A DNA stretch of 32,669 nt from Chthonomonadaceae bacterium (GCA_035650735.1 DASRGZ010000111.1:1-32669); one strand, 5' to 3'. Shown: positions 16,425 through 27,551, counted from the first letter of the stretch. Numbers and translations: made by a program. Notes: generated from the sequence alone by a model not told the origin.

Positions 16425-17312
16425 ATGGAACCGCGTTACGGGGTCATCACGCATAACGTTGTGGCGATGCGCGCCCAACCAAACGGCAGCGCCGAGCAGG
16501 TCAGCCAGGCGATCCTGGGCGAGAGCGTCTTACTGCTGGAAGAGCGCGGCGGCTATGTCCACATCCAGACTCCCGACGCCTACGAGGGCTGGGCGCTGCG
16601 GCACCACCTGCGTCCCTATGCTCCCTCCGAACCCCACTGGCCTCTTGCCGAGCCGCCCGCAGCGCAGCGCATGGGCCTGGTGTCAGAGACTTTCGCCTGC
16701 CTGTTCGCCGGCCCTGGAGATCACCATCCCATCCTGACCCGGCTGGTTTTTGGCACCTGGGCGCTCGTTCTGGACAGGGTAAGGAAGGCGGATCGCAAGT
16801 ATTTGCAGGTGGCTGTACCGGGCGGCACGCGGGCCGGAGCGGAGGATAACCGGATCGCGGGCTATGTCTATGAGGAGGCACTGCTGGAACCGGACAGCTT
16901 CCGACCCTTTCGCGGCGGAACGGCCTGCGTGCTGGCCGAGTGGTTCATCGGCACGCCGTACCTGTGGGGCGGCACGACGCCGTTCGGGTTCGACTGTTCC
17001 GGCTTCGTGCAGCGCATCTATTCGGCGCTGGGCGTCACCCTCCCGCGCGACGCCTACCTCCAGGCGAAATCGCCGCTCGGCGTGCCCGTGCCGGAGGGAG
17101 AGCCGCTTCAGGCCGGCGACCTCGTCTTCTTCTGCGGCGACAGTGACCCGCGCGGGCGCGGCATCACGCACGTCGGCATGGCCCTCGATGCAAAATGCTT
17201 CATCCACGCTTCCGACGGCGACGGCGTTGCCATCACGCCGCACGACGATCCCTACTATGCGCGCATATATCGCGGCGCCTGGCGATATCGCCCCACCGAG
17301 AAATCGCCGTAA
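16425..17312 (+). CDS. NlpC/P60 (C40) peptidase with SH3b-like N-terminal domains (YkfC/dipeptidyl-peptidase VI-like)
   Basis: GTPYLWGGTTPFGFDCSGF, LPRDA, GDLVFF, ITHVGM, FIHAS; no signal peptide. Confidence 0.92.
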   Translation: MEPRYGVITHNVVAMRAQPNGSAEQVSQAILGESVLLLEERGGYVHIQTPDAYEGWALRHHLRPYAPSEPHWPLAEPPAAQRMGLVSETFACLFAGPGDHHPILTRLVFGTWALVLDRVRKADRKYLQVAVPGGTRAGAEDNRIAGYVYEEALLEPDSFRPFRGGTACVLAEWFIGTPYLWGGTTPFGFDCSGFVQRIYSALGVTLPRDAYLQAKSPLGVPVPEGEPLQAGDLVFFCGDSDPRGRGITHVGMALDAKCFIHASDGDGVAITPHDDPYYARIYRGAWRYRPTEKSP

Positions 17313-17335
17313 GCCAAAATCTCTTTCCGGAACGT

Positions 17336-17365
17336 TTGACAAATGCGGGAGCCGTTTGGTATAGT
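17336..17365 (+). promoter_or_regulatory. Sigma-70 promoter TTGACA-18-TATAGT with extended TG
   Basis: Near-consensus hexamers upstream of the small basic ORF. Confidence 0.7.
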
Positions 17366-17447
17366 AAGGGCCGGCGGCAGGTGCTTCCGTCTGCTATGTT
17401 AACTTTCACAGACCGCAACAATGTTGAGAATTATTCGGAGGGATTCC

Positions 17448-17696
17448 GTGCGTATTCGAGCTAAAGAGATTCGTCGAACCCGCAAGCGCGAAGAGGAGCG
17501 TATTCGCGCGCGTATTAAAGCGGCCAAAGCCGCCAAAGGCTCCGCGCCGCGACCTACCAGCGCCCGCCCTGCGCCCGCAGCCCGTCCTGCCGCCACGGCG
17601 GCCCCGAAGGCAGCCACGTCGCGTCCGCGCCGAGAGCGCCCGCCTAAGCCCGCCCCGGAAGCGCCCGCTCCTGAGACGCCTCCCGCCGCCGAGTAA
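17448..17696 (+). CDS. Small highly basic protein (DUF6800-like N-terminus, Ala/Pro-rich tail)
   Basis: GTG start after GGAGGG; MRIRAKEIRRTRKREEERIRAR; has its own promoter. Confidence 0.7.
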   Translation: MRIRAKEIRRTRKREEERIRARIKAAKAAKGSAPRPTSARPAPAARPAATAAPKAATSRPRRERPPKPAPEAPAPETPPAAE

Positions 17697-17789
17697 GTGA
17701 ACCATTAGACAGGCTTTCTCGGATTAAACAAAAAGAGACGACCGGATTTTACACCGGGACGATCCGAATGTATATGGTACCTTCTGGCC

Positions 17790-17980
17790 GCCCACCCCTA
17801 AAGGGATGGGCTGTGTCGCAAGGCGGAGGCCCGAACCGCTGTCGGGCCGACCCTTGCAGCGGGCAAGCCCGCTCAAGCGGGCTGCCATAGGTTGGTCAGT
17901 CCCTTTCAGGGGCTACAAGAAGGAAGGTTAGCCCCCTTCAGGGGGCTTGCCGCCCACAGCCCGGTCCTCTAGGGCCGGGT
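17790..17980. repeat. BIME-like array of about five AGCCC...GGGCT hairpins with an embedded unit of the 14.6-kb repeat family
   Basis: Hairpins at 17790-17811, 17866-17883, 17898-17914, 17930-17947, 17958-17980; TCGCAAGGCGGAGGCCCGAACC shared with ~14583-14604. Confidence 0.8.
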
Positions 17981-18328
17981 GTTTCCATGCCTGGCTCATC
18001 AACGCATCTCCTCTACACTCTGATCCCTGTTCTCCCCTCTCTTGCTGAACGTCCCCTCCCTTTCTGCCTGGAATGCCGAGCCGCCGCGTTCTTCCGCCTC
18101 CGAAGCGATGCGAGGCGAAACCATGCCGCCGCTGGCGTTCACCCTTGACAGAGCGCCTCGCAATAGTGTATTAAATAGGGTATCCTACACTGAAAATAGC
18201 GTAGAACATCTCTTCAGGATACCGGCGCGCGCCCCAGTATGGACGAGGTTTTCCGGTGGGCAGGCGATGCCCGCGTATCCTGATGTTTTTGTCGGAGAAC
18301 AACCACTCAAGAAGGAATTGATACCGCC

Positions 18329-19690
18329 ATGGAGGTTACCGCCGAGCAGACCGATCCCTGCACGATAGTGCTGGACATCTCCCTCGATGAGCAGCAGGTC
18401 GCGCGCACCTTCGATAGCGTCTATCGCGAGTTCAGCCGCTATGCCAATATTCCTGGCTTTCGCCCCGGCAAAGCCCCCCGCGCCATCGTGGAGCGCTTTG
18501 TCAACCCGGAGAAGGTGCGCGAGCGCGCCCTGGAAAAGCTGATCTCTGATAGCTACTTCAAAGCGATCCAGGAGGAGGCCATTGAGCCTTATCGCGAGCC
18601 GCGCATCGAGCCGACCGACCTGGAAGACAAAAAGCCCTACACCTACAAAGCCATTGTGCCGCTGGAGCCGCAGGTCACACTGGGCGAATACACCGGCCTG
18701 ACGGTCGAAAAACCCGTCTACACGATCACCGAGGCGGATGTAGACCGCGCCATTGAGCGCCTGCGGGAGGGCCGCGCCCGCCTGGACCGGGTCACGGATC
18801 GCGGCGTAGAGGAGGGCGACGTCCTTATCGCCGAGCTTCAGGCCGCCGTGGAGGGCGAGGAGAATCCCCAGCCGGCCCGCCGCCAACTCGTCCAGGTCGG
18901 CCAGAACTCCATCCCCGGCTTCGACCAGGCGGTCATGGGCATGATGCCGGGCGAGGAGCGCACCTTCGAGGCCGCTTATCCCGAAGATCATCCCGACGAG
19001 AACCTGCGCGGCAAGAAGGTGACCTATACCGTCCGGCTCAGCAGCATCAGCGCCAGAAAGCTGCCGGAACTCAACGATGAGTTCGCCAAGCAGGTGGCCG
19101 GCGTGGATACCGTCGAGGAGCTGCGCCAGCGCATCCGTGAGCGCGAAGAGCGCGGCGCCAGCGAGCTCTCCAACCAGATCGCCGAGGGCCGCCTGATCCA
19201 GGAGATTGTCAACCGTGCCACTATCCACTTCCCGGAGGTTCTGGTGCAGGAAGAGGTGGAGGCGCAGTTCCGTCAGTTAGCCTCTGAGCTGCGCCAGCGC
19301 GGCATGACCTTTGAGCAGTACCTGGCTCAGACCGGCCAGACAGCAGAGCAGTATCAGCAGGCGGTGCGGGAGCAGGCCGTGGAGCGGCTGCGCAGCGTCC
19401 TGGCCCTGCGGGAGATCGCCCGGCAGGAAGGGCTGGAGGTGGCCGACGAACAGATAGACGCCGAGTTCGACCGCCTGCTCAACGAGGGCAAAATCTCCGA
19501 AGAGGATTACGAGCGCTACAAAGACAATCGAGGCAGCCGCCTGCGCATCGCTAACGAGCTGGTGCGCGAGCGCCTGCACGATTTTCTGTTTGCCAACAAC
19601 AACATCCAGGAGGTCGCTGCGCCTACCGCGCCCGACCCAGCAGAGCTAGAAGCTGCCAGCGCCGAAGCGGAAGCCGAAAGCCAGGAATAG
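18329..19690 (+). CDS. tig: Trigger factor
   Basis: IPGFRPGKAP ribosome-binding signature, FKBP-like domain (IPGFDQ...GM), tig-clpP-clpX synteny. Confidence 0.96.
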   Translation: MEVTAEQTDPCTIVLDISLDEQQVARTFDSVYREFSRYANIPGFRPGKAPRAIVERFVNPEKVRERALEKLISDSYFKAIQEEAIEPYREPRIEPTDLEDKKPYTYKAIVPLEPQVTLGEYTGLTVEKPVYTITEADVDRAIERLREGRARLDRVTDRGVEEGDVLIAELQAAVEGEENPQPARRQLVQVGQNSIPGFDQAVMGMMPGEERTFEAAYPEDHPDENLRGKKVTYTVRLSSISARKLPELNDEFAKQVAGVDTVEELRQRIREREERGASELSNQIAEGRLIQEIVNRATIHFPEVLVQEEVEAQFRQLASELRQRGMTFEQYLAQTGQTAEQYQQAVREQAVERLRSVLALREIARQEGLEVADEQIDAEFDRLLNEGKISEEDYERYKDNRGSRLRIANELVRERLHDFLFANNNIQEVAAPTAPDPAELEAASAEAEAESQE

Positions 19691-19720
19691 AGCGGCCAGA
19701 CTTCGGCAGGAGATATACCG

Positions 19721-20332
19721 ATGGATCGTATCATTCGTCCGCCTCAGAACGTTATTCCGATGGTCGTCGAGCAGAGCGCGCGCGGCGAGCGCGCCTACGA
19801 TATCTACTCGCGCCTGCTCAAGGATCGGATCATTTTCATCGGCGATGTCGTCACCGACCACCTTGCTAACCTGGTGATCGCGGAGATGCTCTTCCTGGAG
19901 AAGGAAGACCCCGACGCCGATATTGATGTCTACCTCAACAGCCCCGGCGGCAGCGTCTCGGCGGGCCTGGCGATGTACGATGTGATGCAGATGGTCAAGT
20001 GCGACGTGGCGACCATCTGCGTGGGCATGGCCGCTTCGATGGGAGCGGTCTTGCTGGCGGGGGGCACCGCCGGAAAGCGCTATGCCCTGCCCAACTCGCG
20101 CATCATGATCCATGCCGTCGCGGGCGGCTTCGAGGGGCCGGTGCAGGACGCCGAAATCCGCCTCAAAGAGATGGTGCGCGCGCACGACACCCTGAACGAA
20201 ATCCTGGCCCGGCATACCGGCCAGCCCTACGATAAGGTGCGCCGCGATATGGATCGCGACTACTTTATGTCCGCGCAAGAAGCCCTGGAATATGGAATAA
20301 TTGACAAAATAGCGGAGAAAGGCGAGCGCTAG
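19721..20332 (+). CDS. clpP: ATP-dependent Clp protease proteolytic subunit
   Basis: [33 protein letters not shown] (Ser), RIMIH (His), DRDYFMSA (Asp). Confidence 0.97.
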   Translation: MDRIIRPPQNVIPMVVEQSARGERAYDIYSRLLKDRIIFIGDVVTDHLANLVIAEMLFLEKEDPDADIDVYLNSPGGSVSAGLAMYDVMQMVKCDVATICVGMAASMGAVLLAGGTAGKRYALPNSRIMIHAVAGGFEGPVQDAEIRLKEMVRAHDTLNEILARHTGQPYDKVRRDMDRDYFMSAQEALEYGIIDKIAEKGER

Positions 20333-20453
20333 ACCGATAATCCAGTGACGAACCGAGGGAGTGGAAAATCTGCTCCCTCGTTTTCACGGAGAAGCAGGAA
20401 AATCGCGTCCTGGCAGCGAACGCTTGGGACGATACTGTTCAGGGGGTACTACC

Positions 20454-21737
<1,284 letters not shown>

Positions 21738-21758
21738 TCCCAAACAGCAAAGCAAAAC

Positions 21759-22018
21759 AAACCACCCGCTAACGCTAGAGGCACAGAGGCACAGAGGAAA
21801 AGCCATACGGAGAAAAGCAAAGAGAAAGAGAATAAAGATCAGAGTTTTAGGCAGGATAAACGGGATGAACCGGATTTCAAAAACCCATACAAGCCTTGCC
21901 TCTCTCCTTGTGTAATCCCGTAAATCCTGTTCATCCTGTCCAAAGGCTTTTGTCTTTGTCTCTTTTGTTTTTCTCCGTGTGGCTTTTCCTCTGTGCCTCT
22001 AGCGTTAGCGGGTGGTTT
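21759..22018. repeat. Nested long inverted-repeat (MITE-like) element between convergent clpX and tkt
   Basis: AAACCACCCGCTAACGCTAGAGGCACAGAGG on the left is the exact reverse complement of the right end. A second inner pair GGCAGGATAAACGGGAT / ATCCTGTTCATCCTGTC lies inside. Confidence 0.88.
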
Positions 22019-23870
22019 ATTTTCTCTTGACGGCTTTGACGGCGGCAACGATATGGGGCGCGCTGATGCCGACGTCATCCATCAACTCCTCCGGTTTGCC
22101 CGAACCGGGCATTTTGCTGACCCCCAGCCGCGTCACGTTCGGGGGCGGGCCGCCCGGCCCGCTGAAGACCTCCTGCACGGCGTCGCCCATGCCACCCTGC
22201 GGCCAGTGATCCTCGACCACGATCAGGTTGCCCCCGCACTCCTGCGCCGCCTTCTTGAGCGTGTCCGCGTCAATCGGCTTGACGGAGTAGAGATCGATCA
22301 CACGGATGTTGATTCCCTCCGACTGAAGCGTAGCATGGGCTTTCAGGGCCTCATGGAGCGTGATGCCCGCCGCAATGACCGCCGCCGCGTCGTTATCCGA
22401 TTGCCGCAGGGTCTTGCTGCCGCCAATGGGGAAGCTCTCGCCCGGGCCGTAGAGCACCGGCGTCTTCTCGCGGGTGGTGCGCATGTAGCAGATGCCGGGG
22501 CGGGTGGCCATCTGCGCCGTCAGGTGTACGGTGGTGGTGGCGTCGGAGGGATACAGGACGGTGCTGCCATAGACGGCGCGCATCATCGCCAGGTCTTCCA
22601 GGGCCATCTGGGACGGCCCGTCCTCGCCGATGGAGACGCCCGCGTGCGAGCCGGTCAGGCGGAGGTTGGCCTGGGAGATGGCGGCCATGCGGATCTGGTC
22701 GTAGGCGCGGGTGAAGAAGGCGGCGAAGGTGGAGGCGAACGGATTTTTGTGCATCACTTGCAGGCCCACCGACGCGCTGACCATCTGCTGTTCGGCGATA
22801 AAGATCTCAAAGAACCGCTCCGGGTACGCCTTCTTAAACTTGTCGGAGAAGGTGGAATTGCTGACCTCCCCATCCAGGGCAACCACGTTGGGCTTGGCCG
22901 CGCCCAGGGCTTTGAGCGCATCGCCGTAGGCTTCGCGCGTGGCGATCTTTGCGCCGACCTCATACTGTGGGGGCTGGTAGGTGCCGGGCGCTCCCAGGTC
23001 TGCGGGCGTTCCCTCGCGCGGCGGCTTGGGCTTTACGACGATGTTGCCGGACGGGTTGCCCAACTCCGCCAGCGCCTTCTCCGCATCGGCGGGAGGCAGC
23101 GCCTTGCCGTGCCAGTTTTCCTGGTTTGCTATCAGCGAGACGCCCGCGCCTTTGATGGTCTTGGCGATGATACAGACGGGCCTTTCGGCGGAGTTCTCGG
23201 CCTCGGTATAGGCTGCGTTGATCTGGCCGAAGTCGTGGCCGTCAATCTGAATGGCGTGCCAGCCGAAGGCGCGAGCGCGCTCGGCATAGACCTCGCCATG
23301 CCACTCCAGCATGGTCGGCCCACGCTGGCCCAGACGGTTCATATCAAGAATGGCGATGAGGTTGTTGAGTTGATAGTAGCCGCCTAGCTCGAAGGCTTCC
23401 CAAATGCTTCCCTCGGCCATCTCGCTATCGCCCAGCAGCACCCAGACCTTCAAGGGCAGCTTATCCAGCCGTTTGGCGCTCAAGGCCATGCCCACGCCCG
23501 TCGGAAGGCCCTGGCCCAGCGACCCGGTGGCGACATCCACCCAGGGCAGCGCCGGAGTGGGGTGGCCCTCCAGTCGGCTGCCGAACTTGCGCAGGGTCAT
23601 CAGCTCCTCATCGGAGATCGCTCCGGCGGCCTTGAAGAGCGCGTAGAGCAGGGGAGAGGCGTGGCCCTTAGAGAAGATCAGGCGGTCGTTGCGGAGGTTG
23701 TCGGGATCGTTGAAATCGTAATGCAGGTGATCTGCCAGCAGTACGGCCATCAGGTCCGCCGCCGACAGGCTGGAGCTTGGGTGTCCGGAACCAGCGGCGG
23801 TGGTGCAGCGGATGCTATCGGCGCGCAGCTGCGTGGCCAGGTCTTTCCATTCTTGCGGCGTGTGTCCCAT
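22017..23870 (-). CDS. tkt: Transketolase (617-aa type)
   Basis: AGSGHP, FSKGHA, LEGHP, ATGSLGQG, ThDP motif GDSEMAEG...N, IAEQ, GEDGPSQ. Confidence 0.95.
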   Translation of the reverse strand: MGHTPQEWKDLATQLRADSIRCTTAAGSGHPSSSLSAADLMAVLLADHLHYDFNDPDNLRNDRLIFSKGHASPLLYALFKAAGAISDEELMTLRKFGSRLEGHPTPALPWVDVATGSLGQGLPTGVGMALSAKRLDKLPLKVWVLLGDSEMAEGSIWEAFELGGYYQLNNLIAILDMNRLGQRGPTMLEWHGEVYAERARAFGWHAIQIDGHDFGQINAAYTEAENSAERPVCIIAKTIKGAGVSLIANQENWHGKALPPADAEKALAELGNPSGNIVVKPKPPREGTPADLGAPGTYQPPQYEVGAKIATREAYGDALKALGAAKPNVVALDGEVSNSTFSDKFKKAYPERFFEIFIAEQQMVSASVGLQVMHKNPFASTFAAFFTRAYDQIRMAAISQANLRLTGSHAGVSIGEDGPSQMALEDLAMMRAVYGSTVLYPSDATTTVHLTAQMATRPGICYMRTTREKTPVLYGPGESFPIGGSKTLRQSDNDAAAVIAAGITLHEALKAHATLQSEGINIRVIDLYSVKPIDADTLKKAAQECGGNLIVVEDHWPQGGMGDAVQEVFSGPGGPPPNVTRLGVSKMPGSGKPEELMDDVGISAPHIVAAVKAVKRK

Positions 23871-23907
23871 AAAGATATCTCCTCTCGTCCCGAAGGGATA
23901 AGTAAGT

Positions 23908-23998
23908 CTGGATTGGAGCTTACCTTAAATACGCTGGGGATACCCCTGCTGCTCCAGGGAGTCTATCAAGCCTGGATCAGAGCTTACCTTAAATACGC
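23908..23998. repeat. Two 27-bp direct repeats (19-bp identical core GAGCTTACCTTAAATACGC), 64-bp period, upstream of tkt
   Basis: Copies at 23908-23934 and 23972-23998. Confidence 0.9.
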
Positions 23999-24124
23999 CG
24001 GTTTTTGTGGCGAGTTGCCCGCAAATGCACAGGGAAGAACGCAGACAGAGTGCGGCAGCGGCGGGGGACGCCACAGAGAGCGGCGTCGGCAGGGCGTGTG
24101 GTGAGGGGGTGACGGCGCCGGGGG

Positions 24125-24589
24125 CTAGCGCCGATGGAAAGCCTCAAAAGCCTGCTGAAGCTCAGGAAGCAGCGTCGTGCTATCTACGGGCTTGAGGATA
24201 TAGCCGCTGGTGCCGATCTGCTGCGCTTCCGCCTGGTAATCCGAATAGGCGCTGAGGATGATAACGCAGGTTCGGAATGCGGACAGGATACGCCGGGCCG
24301 CTTCGAGGCCGTTGAAGGCGCCGGGCATCTGAATATCCATCAGCACGATATCCGGACGCTCCTGCAGGGCCAGCGCGACCCCTTTTTCCCCGTTGACGGC
24401 GGAGCCTACGACATGCAGGCCGGCGCGCGTCAGCATCCGGCGCAGGTGCATCTGCGTGATGCCCTCATCTTCGACGATGATCACGCGCTTGCCAACCAGG
24501 GACACGGAGGGGCTGGAATGGGCCGGTTCGGCCTGAGGCGGCGATCCAGGGGATTGCGTATCGAAGACAAAGAGATGCGATATTGTCAT
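24125..24589 (-). CDS. Stand-alone response regulator receiver domain (CheY-like)
   Basis: IVEDE, LMDIQMPG (phospho-Asp), LSAY, ILKP; no output domain. Confidence 0.9.
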   Translation of the reverse strand: MTISHLFVFDTQSPGSPPQAEPAHSSPSVSLVGKRVIIVEDEGITQMHLRRMLTRAGLHVVGSAVNGEKGVALALQERPDIVLMDIQMPGAFNGLEAARRILSAFRTCVIILSAYSDYQAEAQQIGTSGYILKPVDSTTLLPELQQAFEAFHRR

Positions 24590-24804
24590 AGCGTATCTTT
24601 CTGAAATGGGGTGTAGGCCAGCCTGCGCTGGGTTGGCCGGGAGCCTGACGGTCCTGGGAAGGATGGGGGCAAGAGACGTCTCGCGTCAAGTTCACCAGGA
24701 ATATTATCGGCATTCCCACCGGGTTTCTATAGGGCAAGAAGGCAGGCACACGCCCGCAAGGCGGGAGAAGGAAGGCTGAAAGGAGTCAGGACTTTTCTTC
24801 CTCC

Positions 24805-25752
24805 TTATCTCCAGTCGGGCCGCATGGCATGGCCCCAGCCCAGCGTATGGGCGTCCGGCAGGCTGGAGGCCGCGTCGGGCATACGCCCGGCCTGGAAGAG
24901 CGCGCCGCATTGAAAGTATACCGCATCCATGTCGGAATGCCAGCCAGGATAGTGGCCGAAGCCGCCATCGTCGTTGCGGCAGCGCAGGGCCCAATCGGCG
25001 GCGCGCTCGATAGCGGCGCGGCAGCGCTCCGAGCCGCCGCCCAACTGCCGCAGAATGAACAGGGCGTCGAAGCAGGCGTGGACGTCCCAATCCGGCGCTT
25101 TGATGTGCCATCCACCGTCGGGCGCCTGGTCGCGCAGCGTCCGCTCCACCATCTCCGCCGCACGCGGCGTCGGCTCTCCGACGAGTCGGAAGAAATGGGC
25201 CATGTGAAAGGTCGCCGCCACGTGGTCGCCTAGGTAGCCGTCCGCCGTCTGATGCGCCTGCATATGCGCGCTGAGAGCCTGCCGGTATGCCTCCGGAAAG
25301 GGCGCATCCGACGCGGCGTAAAATAGCGGGAAAAAGCTGGTGGTGTACCAGGGCAGGCGCTGGAAGGCGTTCCCCTCAAAGAAGCGATCCATCACACCCA
25401 CCGGAGAGATAGGGGGCCGTTCGCCGAGCGCGCGCAGCCCGACGACGCCCTGCGTCGTGTTATAGAGCACAGCCAGGTCGCTCTGGGGGGCGAAGCTGCC
25501 CTCCAGATTGCGGAAGGAGCCGTCCGGCTGCTGGTGGCGCCGGAAAAAGTCGGCGGTGGCCGCTTTGTCGGGCAGTTCCCGCCCCAGAGAGTGGGCGAGA
25601 ACGGCGGCATAGGTCGCTGCTGCCAGATCGCTGGCGCGGGTGTCGGAGTTGCCGGGATAGGCTGGGTCAGGCGAGGGCGCGTAGCCGCCATCCTCTCGAC
25701 GGCAGCGCAGAATAAAATCGTAGGTCGTCTCAAGAAGTGGGGTATCCTGCAT
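24805..25752 (-). CDS. Prenyltransferase/squalene-oxidase repeat (alpha/alpha-barrel) protein
   Basis: Repeated Q..DG(G)W/F motifs (CRREDGGY, HQQPDGSF, DQAPDGGW, CRNDDGGF); ATG 25752 after GGGGAGG. Confidence 0.82.
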   Translation of the reverse strand: MQDTPLLETTYDFILRCRREDGGYAPSPDPAYPGNSDTRASDLAAATYAAVLAHSLGRELPDKAATADFFRRHQQPDGSFRNLEGSFAPQSDLAVLYNTTQGVVGLRALGERPPISPVGVMDRFFEGNAFQRLPWYTTSFFPLFYAASDAPFPEAYRQALSAHMQAHQTADGYLGDHVAATFHMAHFFRLVGEPTPRAAEMVERTLRDQAPDGGWHIKAPDWDVHACFDALFILRQLGGGSERCRAAIERAADWALRCRNDDGGFGHYPGWHSDMDAVYFQCGALFQAGRMPDAASSLPDAHTLGWGHAMRPDWR

Positions 25753-25939
25753 CCTAATCCTCCCCTTGCTTCCCTCTATCGCGGAATTTGCCGATAGGCG
25801 CCCGCACAACGATCCCTTTAGAGTGGCCGCGCGCCTCGATAATCGCGCTGATAGTGACGATTCTTGTGAGCCAGTTTGTTCTATTACGAAGATCGGGCCG
25901 CCCATGCAGGCGGCATGAGCGGCCCAACTTCGCGCGCCC

Positions 25940-26083
25940 TCAGGCCGCTTTGCCGATCTTGACCATCTTGGTTCCGCAGGTAGGGCAGGTGCCAGTCGTG
26001 GCGGGCTTGCCGTTCTTGAGAGTAGTGGCCGTCGGGTTCTGCATCTCTTTCTTAGACCTGCACTTCATGCAATAGCCTTCCAT
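25940..26083 (-). CDS. DUF5679-like 47-aa zinc-ribbon protein (absent from the ORF track)
   Basis: MEGYCMKCRSKKEMQNPTATTLKNGKPATTGTCPTCGTKMVKIGKAA; two CxxC motifs; AAGGAGG RBS. Confidence 0.9.
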   Translation of the reverse strand: MEGYCMKCRSKKEMQNPTATTLKNGKPATTGTCPTCGTKMVKIGKAA

Positions 26084-26333
26084 CGCTTGCTTCCCTCCTT
26101 TCCAAACACGTTATCAATCTATATTTAGCGATGATTTCCTCCAATTCCTCCTAGATATGGGCTTTTTCCGAAAATTTAGGAAAAAAAGTCCTGTCCATCC
26201 CTCTCCGGCACGGCAGAAAAGCGGGGAAGGGTGGAGTTCACCGGGTAGAGTAGCCCGAATTTTGCGGGGTCGCTTCAGGAATAGCCGTTCCTATTGACGA
26301 ATAGAACGCAAAATTCGCAGGAGAGTTCCCGTT

Positions 26334-27524
26334 ATGAAGATTACGGAGATCCGCCCGATTGTGACCTGCCCGGGGCGCAACTACGTTTTCGTCAAGATCT
26401 TCACCGATGAGCCCGGTCTGTACGGCGTCGGAGAGGGCACCTTGAACGGCAGCGAGACGATTGTCGCCGAGGCGATCCGCCATATTTCACATCTGCTCCT
26501 CGGGCGCGACCCCCAGCGCATCGAGGACCTCTGGCACCTGGTTTACCGGCAGGGCTACTGGCGCGGCGGCCCCATCTTCATGGCGGCGCTGGCCGCCATT
26601 GACATCGCCCTGTGGGACATCAAGGGCAAGCAGGCCAATCTGCCGGTCTATCAACTGCTGGGCGGCAAGGCGCGCGACGGCGTGATGTGCTACAGTCACG
26701 CGCATGGGCGCGACGCCATCGAGTGTGAAGACCACGCGCGGCGGCTCATGGGGCAGGGCTTCAAGGTCGTGCGCTGCCAGGTCGGGCCGTATGGGGGCGC
26801 GGGCGTCCTGGGCCACAAAGACCCGATCACCCCCGGCACGCCGGCGGAACAGATCTACGAGCCGACGCCCTATCTGCTGAGCGTGCCCAAGCTGTTTGCG
26901 CATCTGCGGGAAAAGCTCGGACCGGATATCGAGTTGTTCCATGACGCCCACGAGCAGTTGGCTCCTATCGAGGCGGCGCGGCTGGCAAAGGAACTCGAAC
27001 CCTTCCGGCTGTTCTTCCTGGAAGATCCGCTGATGCCGGAGCATCGGGAGTCCTGGCCCCTGTTGCGTGCGGCCTCCACGACCCCGCTCGCCATCGGCGA
27101 GATCTTCACCTCCCGCTGGGACTGCCTGCCGCTGTTTATGAATAGATGGATTGACTTCATTCGCATCAAGCCGCTGCACGTCGGCGGCCTAACCGAAGCC
27201 CGCAAGATCATGACGCTTGCCGAGCCTTTCAACGTGCGCAGCGCCTTTCATGGGGCCGCCGACATCGGCCCGGTGGCGCAGGCGGCCTCGATCACCCTGC
27301 AATCGGTCATCCCTAACTTCGGCGTGCAGGAGTGGACGCGCTTCCCGGAGCCTGCCTATGAGGTCGTCTCCGGCATCTGTAAGATGGAGAACGGGTTCGC
27401 CCACCCGAACGAGACGCCCGGCCTCGGCGTAGATGTAGATGAGGAGAAGGCGGTGCAGCATCCGTATCAGCGCGCCTTCATGCCGCTCGTCCGCCGCGCC
27501 GACGGCTCCATGCACGTCTACTGA
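26334..27524 (+). CDS. Enolase-superfamily acid-sugar dehydratase (mannonate dehydratase/RspA-like subgroup)
   Basis: PGRNYV.VKI.TD..G.GEGTLNG, YWRGGP, ALWDIKGK...LPVYQLLGG, metal ligands HD.HE / LEDP / GE, FHG..D, QE. Confidence 0.9.
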   Translation: MKITEIRPIVTCPGRNYVFVKIFTDEPGLYGVGEGTLNGSETIVAEAIRHISHLLLGRDPQRIEDLWHLVYRQGYWRGGPIFMAALAAIDIALWDIKGKQANLPVYQLLGGKARDGVMCYSHAHGRDAIECEDHARRLMGQGFKVVRCQVGPYGGAGVLGHKDPITPGTPAEQIYEPTPYLLSVPKLFAHLREKLGPDIELFHDAHEQLAPIEAARLAKELEPFRLFFLEDPLMPEHRESWPLLRAASTTPLAIGEIFTSRWDCLPLFMNRWIDFIRIKPLHVGGLTEARKIMTLAEPFNVRSAFHGAADIGPVAQAASITLQSVIPNFGVQEWTRFPEPAYEVVSGICKMENGFAHPNETPGLGVDVDEEKAVQHPYQRAFMPLVRRADGSMHVY

Positions 27525-27551
27525 AATACGAACGGAAAGGACTTTGCTTGT

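Noticed and set aside
20301..20341. Internal clpX promoter from TTGACA at the end of clpP
   Set aside because: No -10 hexamer at 16-18 bp spacing.
21993..23387. Long antisense ORFs (e.g. 21993-23387+, 4032-5105-, 9411-10457+, 10776-11864-, 18185-19228-)
   Set aside because: They are shadow frames of well-supported genes in GC-rich DNA and have no recognisable motifs.
23908..23998. CRISPR array
   Set aside because: Only two imperfect repeats, no clear repeat palindrome and no cas genes in the window.
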